Source: Candidatus Cloacimonadales bacterium
GTDB taxonomy: Bacteria > Cloacimonadota > Cloacimonadia > Cloacimonadales > JAFGVF01
DNA length: 64,000 nucleotides
Direction of reading: 5' to 3'
Assembly: GCA_963662585.1 (NCBI GenBank)
Contig: OY759729.1
Span: 1,472,001-1,536,000, forward strand
The first letter of the stretch is position 1, and each line of letters starts with the position of its first letter. The position numbers were made by a program, and so were the translations under genes. The notes under the pieces were generated by a model. The model was not told the origin of the DNA, searched no databases, and worked only from the letters and a program-made list of their open reading frames with translations. This document shows, piece after piece, positions 51,219 to 61,251 of the stretch.

Positions 51219-54200
51219 TTAGATTTCATAGTTAAAGAGGTCTTTTATCTGATCTACAGACATAGATTTTAAGATATTCTCATTATTTTCAATTATCTGT
51301 TCAAAAAGCTCTTTCTTACTATTTTGAAGTGAGATTATCTTCTCTTCTACTGTTCCTTTAGATATTAATTTATACACTTGCACTTTCTTAGTTTGACCAA
51401 TTCTGTGAGCTCTATCAATAGCTTGATTCTCAATCATCGGATTCCACCAAGGGTCAGTAAGAATAACTGTATCAGCAGCAGTTAGATTTAGTCCGTAACC
51501 ACCAGTTTTTAAACTAATCAAGAAAACTTTAATCTTAGTATTATTATTAAAATTCTCAATGTGCTTTTGCCTATCTTTTGTTTTTCCATCTAAATATTCA
51601 TAAGGAATATCATGTTTTATTAACATTTTTTTAATAATTTGCAGCATGCCGATGAATTGACTAAAGATTAATATTTTACGATCAGAATCAATAGCATCTA
51701 ACACCAGTTCCTGCATCAACTCAACTTTACTAGATAAAGCGAAATCATCCTTAATATTTGCTTCAACTAAATGCGGATGATCACAAATCTGTCTTAATTT
51801 CATTAAAGCAGTCAAGATATTGATATAATTAATCTTTTCATCATTTTCTGGTTTGAAGTAAGATTTATTAATATTATCAATTAATTGCATATAAACTTTT
51901 TCTTGCACAGGCGATAATTTACAAAAGGCTATTTGTTCTTGTTTATTAGGTAATTCCAAGAGAACATCACTCTTCTTTCTTCTTAGAATGAAAGGAGAAA
52001 TCATCTTGTTTAAATCTTCTCTTCGATCCATATTCTCTGTACCACTAAAAGTTCTTACAAACCTCTGTTTACTCATTAAATAGCCTGGTAACAAGAAATC
52101 AAACAAGGACCAAATTTCAGAAATATCATTCTCCAAAGGAGTACCTGTTAAGGCTATTCTATGCTTTGAATTAAGCTTTTTTATAGCTTTAGTTCTTAGG
52201 GCTGTAACATTTTTAATATGTTGAGCTTCATCTAAAATTACATAATAAAACTCTCTCTCCCCTAAGAAGTCAATGTCATTTTGAATAATGGAATAAGAAG
52301 CAATGAGAATATCAAAATTCACCTTATCAAGCATATCTTTACGCTCTTGTTTATTACCTTCATAGATAATAAAAGATTTATCTAATTTGAATTTCTTAAA
52401 TTCCGCAGCCCAGTTATAGATTAATGTTTTAGGGCATATAATAATAGACTTCTGTCCTGCCGGAACTTCAGATAATACTGATATGGCTTGAATTGTTTTC
52501 CCTAATCCCATTTCATCTGCGAGAATACCATTTAGTTTATAGTACTCCAACATCTTTAACCACTTGTAGCCTGATTTCTGATAGCTTCTCATGATATGAT
52601 TCAAAAAGAAAGGTGCTTCAGTGGAATTTTTAAGTTTTCCAGCTATTAAATCTCGAGACATGGAGTCTATATATTTATCACCATAGAGCCTTATTGAGGG
52701 ATTATCATTAACAAGACGGAAGAAATAAGGAATATTCTGGTAGCTCATAGAATAGACCTTGTCTTTGCTTGCTTCAGATTTATTAAGCAGATTTTCCATC
52801 TGATTAAATACTTCTTTATTCTCAAAGAAGATTAATCTTCCATCTTCTAAAGTCATGAACTTCTGATTAGAAGAAAAGAACTTCTTTAATTCACCATGAG
52901 TAAAGGAAAAATCTTTATATTTGTAAGTAATTTCATACTTAAACCAGTTAATTTCATCCTTAGTCTGGGTTTTAATCTCAGCTTGAAGATGCACTTTATA
53001 GACAAAATCTTTCTTTAGTTCATCTGAAAGTTGGATATTCCACTCTTCATTAGATAATTCAAAAATTGCTTTCTTCAAGAGATCAATGCTCAGAGCACCC
53101 TCAAAATATAGTTGAGAATTACTTTCTAATCTTTGATATTGAGGATTAGGAAGCTGATCTAAAAACTCGAAAACTTCACTAAATATTATCGGAGGTATAT
53201 AGAACCAAGCTTTTTGCTCAGCTTCATACTCATAATTAATCAAATTAGCATTTAATCTAATTATCGATAAGGGGATAGAGATATCTTCATTATAGACTAA
53301 AGATCCATCCATAACAACAGCATCGCCTTCTTTACTTAGCTTAAAGAATATTTTGGGTCTATTATCATAAATCGGAGGAAGAGAAATATCTTCATCGATA
53401 TCTAAATAATAATTAGAGAATGTCAGTTGTTTAGCCACAATAGCGTGATAATAGATAATATCTTTGGCGGAAAGCAGAAGACCAGATTCTAACATTTCCC
53501 GGAAAATATTGCTTTTGAAAGGTAAATCTATCTTAAATAACTCATTTCTGATAAAAATATAAATTGAATTAAAGTAATATATTGCAGATACTTCTTGCTC
53601 TAATTGAGCTTTTAGAAGTGCTTTATCCTCTGAAAGCTTCTGAATCATAAAATGAATTGGGAGTTTATTCTCTTGCCAGACTATTTTATCTCCTGTTTCA
53701 GTAATAAAAATCTTATCTTGCAATAATCTTAGATGAGGTAAAATCATATTCAAATCTTTTTTATAAATGCTAAAGAAGTTATTCTTGCTACTAAATGAGC
53801 ACTTGTAGTTATTCAAGACTGATAGAAGGGTTAACTCTTCTTCTCTAAAAACATTCATCTGTTTCTCAGCTTTCTGCAATTCTCTAGCTGTAGCTTTCTT
53901 TACCTCTTTCCCTGATTTTAGGGTAGAGATAATTCTCAAATCAAATTCTTCATAACCTAGAAAATTGAGTCTTAATTTGTCCGTATTTGTATTATAAAGC
54001 TCTGAAATAGTAATGTAGCTTTTAGCATAACGAGTCTGGAAATTCTCATCAAATTTTAAATCAGTCCGACTATAAACTTCTACAATATCCTCATTCAAAA
54101 TATCATCAGATAGATATTTATAAGCATAATCAAGCACAGTTAAATAGTGATTACATGATTTATCTAAATCTTCCGAGCAATAGTGTTCTAAAATAGTAGC

Positions 54201-54404
54201 ATTTTCGGCATCATATTTAATTCTGACTATCCCAGAAAAGTATTTTTTTAAGTGACTTTGTGCAAAAAAGATAAAATTATAATTGCCTTTTTGGTCAATA
54301 CTCTTCCAGAACAGCAAATCATCCCTGTCTGTTTTGATGACATTGTCGCGAAAATACCAAGAATTTGAATGAATATTATACTCTTTTCTAAATAATTTTG
54401 CCAT
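51219..54404 (-). CDS. Bacterial SNF2-family helicase-like ATPase
   Basis: GILADEMGLGKT, LDEAQ, LTGTP.EN, LRQICDHP, GLNLTAAD, QAIDRAHRIGQ; degenerate SWIM-like C..CNH at the N-terminus. Confidence 0.92.
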   Translation of the reverse strand: MAKLFRKEYNIHSNSWYFRDNVIKTDRDDLLFWKSIDQKGNYNFIFFAQSHLKKYFSGIVRIKYDAENATILEHYCSEDLDKSCNHYLTVLDYAYKYLSDDILNEDIVEVYSRTDLKFDENFQTRYAKSYITISELYNTNTDKLRLNFLGYEEFDLRIISTLKSGKEVKKATARELQKAEKQMNVFREEELTLLSVLNNYKCSFSSKNNFFSIYKKDLNMILPHLRLLQDKIFITETGDKIVWQENKLPIHFMIQKLSEDKALLKAQLEQEVSAIYYFNSIYIFIRNELFKIDLPFKSNIFREMLESGLLLSAKDIIYYHAIVAKQLTFSNYYLDIDEDISLPPIYDNRPKIFFKLSKEGDAVVMDGSLVYNEDISIPLSIIRLNANLINYEYEAEQKAWFYIPPIIFSEVFEFLDQLPNPQYQRLESNSQLYFEGALSIDLLKKAIFELSNEEWNIQLSDELKKDFVYKVHLQAEIKTQTKDEINWFKYEITYKYKDFSFTHGELKKFFSSNQKFMTLEDGRLIFFENKEVFNQMENLLNKSEASKDKVYSMSYQNIPYFFRLVNDNPSIRLYGDKYIDSMSRDLIAGKLKNSTEAPFFLNHIMRSYQKSGYKWLKMLEYYKLNGILADEMGLGKTIQAISVLSEVPAGQKSIIICPKTLIYNWAAEFKKFKLDKSFIIYEGNKQERKDMLDKVNFDILIASYSIIQNDIDFLGEREFYYVILDEAQHIKNVTALRTKAIKKLNSKHRIALTGTPLENDISEIWSLFDFLLPGYLMSKQRFVRTFSGTENMDRREDLNKMISPFILRRKKSDVLLELPNKQEQIAFCKLSPVQEKVYMQLIDNINKSYFKPENDEKINYINILTALMKLRQICDHPHLVEANIKDDFALSSKVELMQELVLDAIDSDRKILIFSQFIGMLQIIKKMLIKHDIPYEYLDGKTKDRQKHIENFNNNTKIKVFLISLKTGGYGLNLTAADTVILTDPWWNPMIENQAIDRAHRIGQTKKVQVYKLISKGTVEEKIISLQNSKKELFEQIIENNENILKSMSVDQIKDLFNYEI

Positions 54405-54615
54405 ATTTTTTTACCCCAACAGCAATAATAGGAAAAGTTATTAATTTGTATAGCTATTTTTTTGAAATTATAAATTATTCTAGTGTTCTTTATATCTTAT
54501 AGTAGGTCTTAACATCTACTAATCAATAAATTAAACAACTACATTAAGGAGCAATAAAACATTTACGAAGTAAATTAAATAAACAGTTTATTCCGTTAAA
54601 CTACAGTGAAATTGA

Positions 54616-54638
54616 GAAAGGGGTGACTTGCACCCCCT
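54616..54638 (-). terminator. Terminator after kamE
   Basis: ggggtg-N5-cacccc followed by ttt on the minus strand. Confidence 0.6.
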
Positions 54639-54645
54639 ACGAATT

Positions 54646-55404
54646 CTATTTTTTATTATTTAATCTTTCTGCTAAAGTAATAGAAATATAAGAAGCAACA
54701 TCAGTAGAGTAACTTCCAGTACCAAAACCAGCATCATATCCTAACTCAACTGCTAGTTCATGATTTATTCTTGGACCACCACAGATGAATAACATTTTGT
54801 CACGAAGCCCTTCAGCTTCAGCCATCTCCATTAGTTTAGTCAAATTCTTTATATGAATATCTTTTTGTGTAACGATTTGAGAAACTAATATAGCATCAGC
54901 ATTCTCTTCACGAGCCTTTTGTAACAAATCTTCACATGGAACTTGAGCTCCCATGTTGATGGCATTAATATTTCTATATCTCTCGATACCATAACGGTGA
55001 TTATAACCCTTCATATTCATAATAGCGTCAATTCCTACTGTGTGGGCATCACTTTCAATACAAGCACCAATTACAGTTATTTCTCGGCCAATATGCTCAT
55101 CAATATACTCTTCATTCTCATACATATCCATCACATTAGTTTCGACAACTTTAACATTAATCTGAGTTAAATCCACTGAAGCACTTGTATTACCATAAGC
55201 AATAAAATGTGTGAATCCTTCATGAAGATCACTCAAGTGACAGACATCAATATCATCAACTCCCATTTTTATAAGAATCTGACGAGCTGCCTCTTTTCCT
55301 TGTTCATTACAGGGAACAGGAAGAGAAAATGAGAACTGCATTCTACCATCGTTTAAAGTATCGCCATAAGGACGAATTTGGGTTTTATCTATTTTTGTAC
55401 TCAT
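54646..55404 (-). CDS. kamE: D-lysine 5,6-aminomutase beta (B12-binding) subunit
   Basis: PYGDTLNDG, DAHTVGIDAIMNMKGY, VSQIVTQK, GYDAGFG. Confidence 0.93.
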   Translation of the reverse strand: MSTKIDKTQIRPYGDTLNDGRMQFSFSLPVPCNEQGKEAARQILIKMGVDDIDVCHLSDLHEGFTHFIAYGNTSASVDLTQINVKVVETNVMDMYENEEYIDEHIGREITVIGACIESDAHTVGIDAIMNMKGYNHRYGIERYRNINAINMGAQVPCEDLLQKAREENADAILVSQIVTQKDIHIKNLTKLMEMAEAEGLRDKMLFICGGPRINHELAVELGYDAGFGTGSYSTDVASYISITLAERLNNKK

Positions 55405-55413
55405 CTTTACCTC

Positions 55414-56976
55414 CTATCTGTTTAAGCCTAACTCTTCTTTCATCTTTTCCATAAATGGATTTAGATAATTCTCATCGCGTTGGAATACACCTTCTAAACC
55501 TTTACCTCTCTCTTCAGGACGCTTAATATCAGCAAATTCACCATCTCTCATAGCATTAAATAGTCCTTGTTGAGAAACTCTTTGTAAGAACTGGGTAGCT
55601 TCATCTAAGACAGAATTTGCTCTTTGATTAATAAATCCATCAGGATCAAGAGTAATTTCTTTAGCAAAGTCTTTGGTAGCTGTAAAGAGATAATTAGCAT
55701 TCTCAATTGCTAGAGCTCTATCTGCTAAATGAGGAGTATGAATAGCTTCTGTAAGCATACCTAGAAGCTGAACACCTTGATTAGTTACCTGTCCAACAAA
55801 GTTAAACATAGCATCCATAAGATTTGTTTTGAAAATATTACCGGAAGCAAATTTAGTAGGAGGCATATATTTAGTAGGAGCTGTTGGGAAAAGTGTACTT
55901 GTTAAAAGTGCATGAGAAAGCTCATAAGAGAAACTATTTTCTATAGTTGGATCTATTTCATAAGCATGACCTAGTCCCATTTTTTCTGGTTTCAAACCTG
56001 AGATATAAGCAAACTGTTCATTAATAAGCTGGGAAGCAGTAACAGTGTAAGCTTTCTCAATAGCATCAGAAGTGGTAAGATAATTATCTTCACCTGTCTG
56101 AATCTCAATTCCTGCATAAGCATTTATCATTCTAGAAAAATATTGGTCTAAGATAGTTCTTTTAGGATTGATATCACGGAAAAGGATTCCGTACATAGCA
56201 TCGTTGAGCATAACATCAAGTCTTTCAATAGCACCCATTGCTGCGATTTCAGGCATACATAAACCTGAAGCATAATTAGTTAAAGAAATATATCTTTTTA
56301 GCTCATCACCAACTTCATCAAGAGCTTTACGCATAATCTTGAAGTTCTCTTGGGTTGCAAAAGTTCCACCAAATCCCACTGTTGTAGCTCCATAAGGAAC
56401 ATAATCTAAGAGTGACTGAGCAGTAGATCTAATCACAGCAATAATGTCAGCACCTTGTCTGGCAGCAGCTTTAGCTTGAGTAACATCTTCATAGATATTA
56501 CCTGTTGCTACAATAACATAAAGAGCAGGTCTTCTTCTTGGACCGAACTTCTCAAAACAGTCATCTCTATGTTGTTTTTGAGCTTTAACATGAGCTAGAG
56601 ATTTAGTAACTATTTCATCTAACTTTGCCATAATCTGCTTATCTTCTGCTTTCTCAACTTGTGATAAATCTAATTCACCCTGAGCAACAGCATCACCAAC
56701 TTCCTGAACACTCATATTCTGAGAAATCATAGCATTTACAAGCCAGTAGGCAACACCACGATTCAAAATATTCTTCTCTTTAAGGTGATCAACTACTATA
56801 TTTGGTATTGGTTCTCCACCCTCAATTGCACCATCCATACCCATTAATCTGAGAATAGTCCTTTCAATAGCAACAGAGCTATAACCGTTGAAAAGCCAGT
56901 CAAATGACTCAGCAATTTCTTTGGCATAACCGCGAGCTTGGGCTATTTTCTCAGGAGCGATATTTAATTTAAGCAC
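55414..56976 (-). CDS. kamD: D-lysine 5,6-aminomutase alpha subunit
   Basis: YVIVATGNIYED, AVIRSTAQSLLDYVPYGAT, NYASGLCMPEIA, KYMPPTK; GTG start after GGAGG. Confidence 0.93.
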   Translation of the reverse strand: MLKLNIAPEKIAQARGYAKEIAESFDWLFNGYSSVAIERTILRLMGMDGAIEGGEPIPNIVVDHLKEKNILNRGVAYWLVNAMISQNMSVQEVGDAVAQGELDLSQVEKAEDKQIMAKLDEIVTKSLAHVKAQKQHRDDCFEKFGPRRRPALYVIVATGNIYEDVTQAKAAARQGADIIAVIRSTAQSLLDYVPYGATTVGFGGTFATQENFKIMRKALDEVGDELKRYISLTNYASGLCMPEIAAMGAIERLDVMLNDAMYGILFRDINPKRTILDQYFSRMINAYAGIEIQTGEDNYLTTSDAIEKAYTVTASQLINEQFAYISGLKPEKMGLGHAYEIDPTIENSFSYELSHALLTSTLFPTAPTKYMPPTKFASGNIFKTNLMDAMFNFVGQVTNQGVQLLGMLTEAIHTPHLADRALAIENANYLFTATKDFAKEITLDPDGFINQRANSVLDEATQFLQRVSQQGLFNAMRDGEFADIKRPEERGKGLEGVFQRDENYLNPFMEKMKEELGLNR

Positions 56977-57121
56977 CAGTCCTCCAATAATTTATTATTT
57001 TTTGTAAATTTATAAGTATTGCTAAAATAGTCAAGTAAAATGTTTGAAACCCTTGTTTTGCTATGAGTTACTAGCAAATCATATCAAGCTTTCAGAGAAA
57101 TTGTCTTTTTTTAAAAATAAG

Positions 57122-57149
57122 AAAAGGGCGTACACTTATACACCCTTTA
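57122..57149 (-). terminator. Terminator of the Fe-S operon
   Basis: aaaagggYgta..tacRccctttt hairpin. Confidence 0.7.
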
Positions 57150-57169
57150 TATTCTTCTTTTTCTATTCT

Positions 57170-57790
57170 TTACATATTTATCTGTAGATCTTTAATCTGT
57201 TCATATTTTTCTAAGTGTTCTCTAATCTCTTCAGCTACATTATCACGGTATTTATCGAAGGATGGGATTTCTATATCAATGATAGCAACACCATCGTCCA
57301 ATCCTACATATTTGACCATTTTAAGAGTAACAATATCCTCTCCGACTTGCGGATAAATAACATGCTTTAATTCAGCAATAATTGTTTCTTTGGAAAAATC
57401 CTCTACTTTTCTTAAACCTTTAGAAATTTGGTAGTTTTTGATAGCCTCATGAAGAGTGTCAGCAGCAAGGACAGAACAATGAGCCTTAGTAGGTGGTAAT
57501 CCATCTAACTCTTCCATGGCATCACGCCAAGTGATAGCTAGTGCTTCATCAATTGTCTTGCCCATTGCCATATCAGTAATCATTGATCCTGTTGCGATAT
57601 TAGAAGCACAACCGTATGATTTAAACTTAACATCTTCTATTACTTTTGTTTCATCATTAATCTTTAAATAGACTGTTACTTGGTCCCCACAAGCTGGTGA
57701 ACCTTCAGTAGCAACAGCATCAGCATCTTTTATCTCTCCAACATTATGAGGTTTCATAAAATGATCTAGAACTTTCTGTGAATATTGCAT
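57170..57790 (-). CDS. iscU: IscU/NifU-type Fe-S scaffold with a C-terminal DUF59/SufT-like extension
   Basis: YSQKVLDHF.PHNVG, ACGD, FKSYGC, LPP.K.HCS; tail L..VIYP.VG.DIV.L.MV. Confidence 0.85.
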   Translation of the reverse strand: MQYSQKVLDHFMKPHNVGEIKDADAVATEGSPACGDQVTVYLKINDETKVIEDVKFKSYGCASNIATGSMITDMAMGKTIDEALAITWRDAMEELDGLPPTKAHCSVLAADTLHEAIKNYQISKGLRKVEDFSKETIIAELKHVIYPQVGEDIVTLKMVKYVGLDDGVAIIDIEIPSFDKYRDNVAEEIREHLEKYEQIKDLQINM

Positions 57791-57808
57791 AATTTCCTCT
57801 ATTTTTAT

Positions 57809-58990
57809 TTATTTATTTTCTTGATATAATGGACTTCTTCTTCTAAGTTCGATAACAATCTCTTTTAATTTCTCAACTGTGATATCCAGCTCTTCTTGGC
57901 TTGTATATTTACTAAGAGTGAACTTCATAGAGCCGTGTGATTGCATGTGATTTTTTCCCATTGCCATTAAGACATAACTTGGTTTTAATCCTTGAGAAGC
58001 ACAAGCAGATCCTGTAGCAGCTGTAATGCCATGTAAATCAAGCATCATACCCATTGCTTCACCCTCTATATAATCGATTGAAACATTAATATTATGACAA
58101 GCTCTTCCCTCTCCCGGAGCTCCATTTAACTCTACATCAGTAATCTCTGTCATTAATCTATTTAAAAGATAATCAGAAAGATCTCTTAACTTTTTAGTAG
58201 TTGCACTCAAATCAGCAAATGTTATCTCAACCGCTTTTACAAAACCAGCAAGAGCACCAATATTAATACCCCCAGTTTCTAAGTTATCCACTCTATTAAC
58301 TCCGTGAACAACCTGTGCTAGAGGAGTCTTAGCTCTTTTATAAAGAAATCCTACTCCTTGAGGTCCGTGAATTTTATGTGCAGAAACAGACATTGTATCA
58401 ATTCCTACTTGATTCATATCCATTGGAAATTTACCATAAGCCTGACCAGCATCTACATGCATATAGACCTTATGATCAGCCTCGGCTAGTACTTTGGCAT
58501 ATTCAGCTACTGGTTGAATTGTTCCCACAACATGATTTACCCAAGTTGTAGAGAATAGAATAGTATCAGGGCGTAGAGCTTCTTTAAGTTTTTCGGCAGA
58601 GATAAAACCATTTTCATCAGGTTTTAAATAGGTAACTTCAAATCCACTTTTTTCAAAGAAGGCATAATTTGTAAGAATATCTGGATAATCAACAACTGAA
58701 CAAATGATATGTGTGCCTTTCTGAGAATTAGCCATTAAAATTCCCTTAATAGCGATGTTATTTGCTGAAGTCCCACCCCGAGTAAAATGAATTTCATCAG
58801 CCTTAGCCTTGATTGTATTCCCAAGAACTGCTTTAAAGTTTTCTAATTTAGCATTAATCTCTTCCCCTGCGGTAAAGAAATTAGCCGGGAACCAATATTC
58901 ATTTTCCCAATATTCTTTCATAACGGCAAATATTTCTGGGTCTGGTTTTGTTGTTACACAATTATCTAAGTAGATTCTCTTATTTTCCAT
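57809..58990 (-). CDS. iscS: Cysteine desulfurase (IscS/NifS)
   Basis: IYLDN, SAHKIHGPQGVG, TGSACAS. Confidence 0.9.
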   Translation of the reverse strand: MENKRIYLDNCVTTKPDPEIFAVMKEYWENEYWFPANFFTAGEEINAKLENFKAVLGNTIKAKADEIHFTRGGTSANNIAIKGILMANSQKGTHIICSVVDYPDILTNYAFFEKSGFEVTYLKPDENGFISAEKLKEALRPDTILFSTTWVNHVVGTIQPVAEYAKVLAEADHKVYMHVDAGQAYGKFPMDMNQVGIDTMSVSAHKIHGPQGVGFLYKRAKTPLAQVVHGVNRVDNLETGGINIGALAGFVKAVEITFADLSATTKKLRDLSDYLLNRLMTEITDVELNGAPGEGRACHNINVSIDYIEGEAMGMMLDLHGITAATGSACASQGLKPSYVLMAMGKNHMQSHGSMKFTLSKYTSQEELDITVEKLKEIVIELRRRSPLYQENK

Positions 58991-58994
58991 CCCT

Positions 58995-59411
58995 TTACTC
59001 CTTATCTATTCTTTTTTTTATATCTTCTAATGTGATTGTGTTAAGATAGCTTTTTAGATTGCTGTAAACTTCTTGCCACAATGTCTTATACTGGCAATTC
59101 TCAACTTGACAATACTCAAGTTCTATCTTGTTTCTCTCACAACTAACCTCATAAGGATGATTTTCTACAACTTCCATGATTGTACCCAAAGTTATATCTC
59201 CAGCAGGAATTTGCAAGTAGTAACCACCCTTAGAACCAGGAACACTGCCTATAATAGAACTCTTTTTTAGCTTCCTAAAAAGTTGCTCAACATACTTCTT
59301 GGGCAAATTCTGGTTTGTACAGATTTCATTAATTGACATCAATGAATCTCTACTCTGCTTAAGAGTTACTAAAGCCCTTACCGAATACTCAGTTTTTGTT
59401 GTTAGTTGCAT
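58995..59411 (-). CDS. Rrf2-family regulator (IscR-like)
   Basis: LTTKTEYSVRAL, YVEQLF, GSKGGY, three C-terminal Cys; heads the iscSU operon. Confidence 0.88.
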   Translation of the reverse strand: MQLTTKTEYSVRALVTLKQSRDSLMSINEICTNQNLPKKYVEQLFRKLKKSSIIGSVPGSKGGYYLQIPAGDITLGTIMEVVENHPYEVSCERNKIELEYCQVENCQYKTLWQEVYSNLKSYLNTITLEDIKKRIDKE

Positions 59412-59543
59412 TTTGCTTCCTTTTTCTTAGTAATCATATACTAATTTAGTAGGAATTCCTTTTTTGGCAAGTTTTTTCGATATTTTTTCTTGGCTACTAT
59501 GATAATTGCTTTAGAATAGGGATTTTTTAGGTAATAAAAAAAA

Positions 59544-59639
59544 TGCCAGGCGACCGGTTGCACACTCTAAACACCCCTTAATGCTGCTTCATTCCTGATC
59601 TGACATGGTTCGAGGGTCAAAGTTGCACCGGACCTGACA
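59544..59639 (-). ncRNA. ffs: Small bacterial SRP RNA (4.5S)
   Basis: GAACCATGTCAGATCA-GGAA-TGAAGCAGCATTAAG helix-8 motif; ends pair (tgtcagg/cctggca); upstream TTGACA; downstream U-run. Confidence 0.9.
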
Positions 59640-60171
59640 AAACCAACATCTTTGAGAGAGCTTATGATGTCAAGAAAAATAGTAGAAAAGGGGCAAACTT
59701 ATAGAAAGAGACTAGTTAAAAACCGTCTAAGAATATAGTCTTGACTTTGTGTCCTTTGAAATCCCATGGAGAAAACCACTAAATCCATGGTTTTCACAAA
59801 TTAAGAAAAAGATCCTTAACACATGCGCCTTACAAAAAGCTGAGCTAGCCTAGAAGTTACACAGATATTGATAGAATTCTTAAAGAGTTCTTATAAGAAA
59901 ATAAGGACCTCTTAAATCACCCTCAGCGAGATGGGCAAGGGTAGTATTGCAATAATTCCCAAAATCCTGAAGGGATGGCATCTAATAGGCAGTGTTCGCA
60001 AGACACTGCTACAGATACACAATAATAGTGGTTCGACGCTCTTGCGGAGAACAGGTAGAGCAAATATTTTTTATGCCTTTTTCTTATATTAACAGATTGT
60101 TTCCATTAATTCAGCCAAGGTTAATATACTTGGAGCATAAGAATTATTGGTCCTGTTACTAATTCATTTCA

Positions 60172-61251
60172 TTATTTCACAAACCTAATTTGGAGATTTA
60201 AGTTAATATACAATTTATTATCAATTCTATAAATCTTTCCAAAATCATGCCTTGAGCTACTTGCAGTTTCAAATTTTGTGTTTTCAAACAAATAATCTTC
60301 AAATTCATTTCTATTGTAAATATGATAACACAGTACTTCTCCATCATCCCTAACTATTAGATACCCTCCTGTTGCATCTAACCTTCCAGTCCATACTTTT
60401 GAAGGCATCATTCCTAGTGCTATATCGGTTAGAAACCGTTTTATTTTATAAGAATAGAAAGGATGATTTGTGGCTGTAGTATACCCAATTGGGTTGTTGG
60501 TGGAAATAATCTCTGTTAAATCGGTAGCTTTTGAATATTTAGAGGTATAGAACAAGAATACTATTTCTGACAATATTTGAGGTAAGCAACTATCTATTAA
60601 AGTCAAATTATCACTAAATGATGTGGATTCTGTTTTTACAAATGCTAATGAACCTGATAAACTTATAATTTTTTTAATTCTATCTTTAATTTTGTTTCTC
60701 GTTTGTATTGAGTTTATCAAAGAAATTTGATCATCAGTTAATTTAATATTTTTAATTTCATAAATAAAATTTGTTGTCTTCCCTGCATTGAGAAGAGTCG
60801 AAGCACTTCCAAGTTGAGACTTAATACTAAAACCTAATTCTGGAGATGTGTTTGTCCTATGATCATAAATTACTATTCTAATATCACTCTTAGAAGTAGA
60901 CTTTGCCTTAAGTGAAAAACAATTAAAAGAGTTAATAAATATCTCGATTTCTGGTATGGTTAATATCCCTGTAGTCGATGTTAATAATTTTGAAAGAAGA
61001 ACTTTTGCATTCTCTTGGAAACTAGAAACAGATATCGAGAACTTTTCTGATTGACCCTTGACAGTAACTATATCTCCTTCTATTGAGTATTCGTACAATC
61101 CGTTTGATTGCTCACGAAATATTTTAATTATCGGGTAAATAATATCATTTTTTTTATTTAATCTACTATCTCCGGCAAACAACTTCTTGTCTGATATAAT
61201 CTTAAAGAGTGTATATATCTCACTCCACTCGCCTTTATTACCTTTTAACAT
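60172..61251 (-). CDS. Type II restriction endonuclease, HpaII family
   Basis: GNKGEWSE.Y, K.DI, LGFSIKSQLG..STLLNAG.TTNF, LGM.P..W.G, LNLQIRF; overlaps the MTase gene. Confidence 0.85.
   Translation of the reverse strand: MLKGNKGEWSEIYTLFKIISDKKLFAGDSRLNKKNDIIYPIIKIFREQSNGLYEYSIEGDIVTVKGQSEKFSISVSSFQENAKVLLSKLLTSTTGILTIPEIEIFINSFNCFSLKAKSTSKSDIRIVIYDHRTNTSPELGFSIKSQLGSASTLLNAGKTTNFIYEIKNIKLTDDQISLINSIQTRNKIKDRIKKIISLSGSLAFVKTESTSFSDNLTLIDSCLPQILSEIVFLFYTSKYSKATDLTEIISTNNPIGYTTATNHPFYSYKIKRFLTDIALGMMPSKVWTGRLDATGGYLIVRDDGEVLCYHIYNRNEFEDYLFENTKFETASSSRHDFGKIYRIDNKLYINLNLQIRFVK

Noticed and set aside
59700..60170. Gene or IS remnant between ffs and the endonuclease
   Set aside because: Only short interrupted frames and small hairpins; nothing I can identify without a search.
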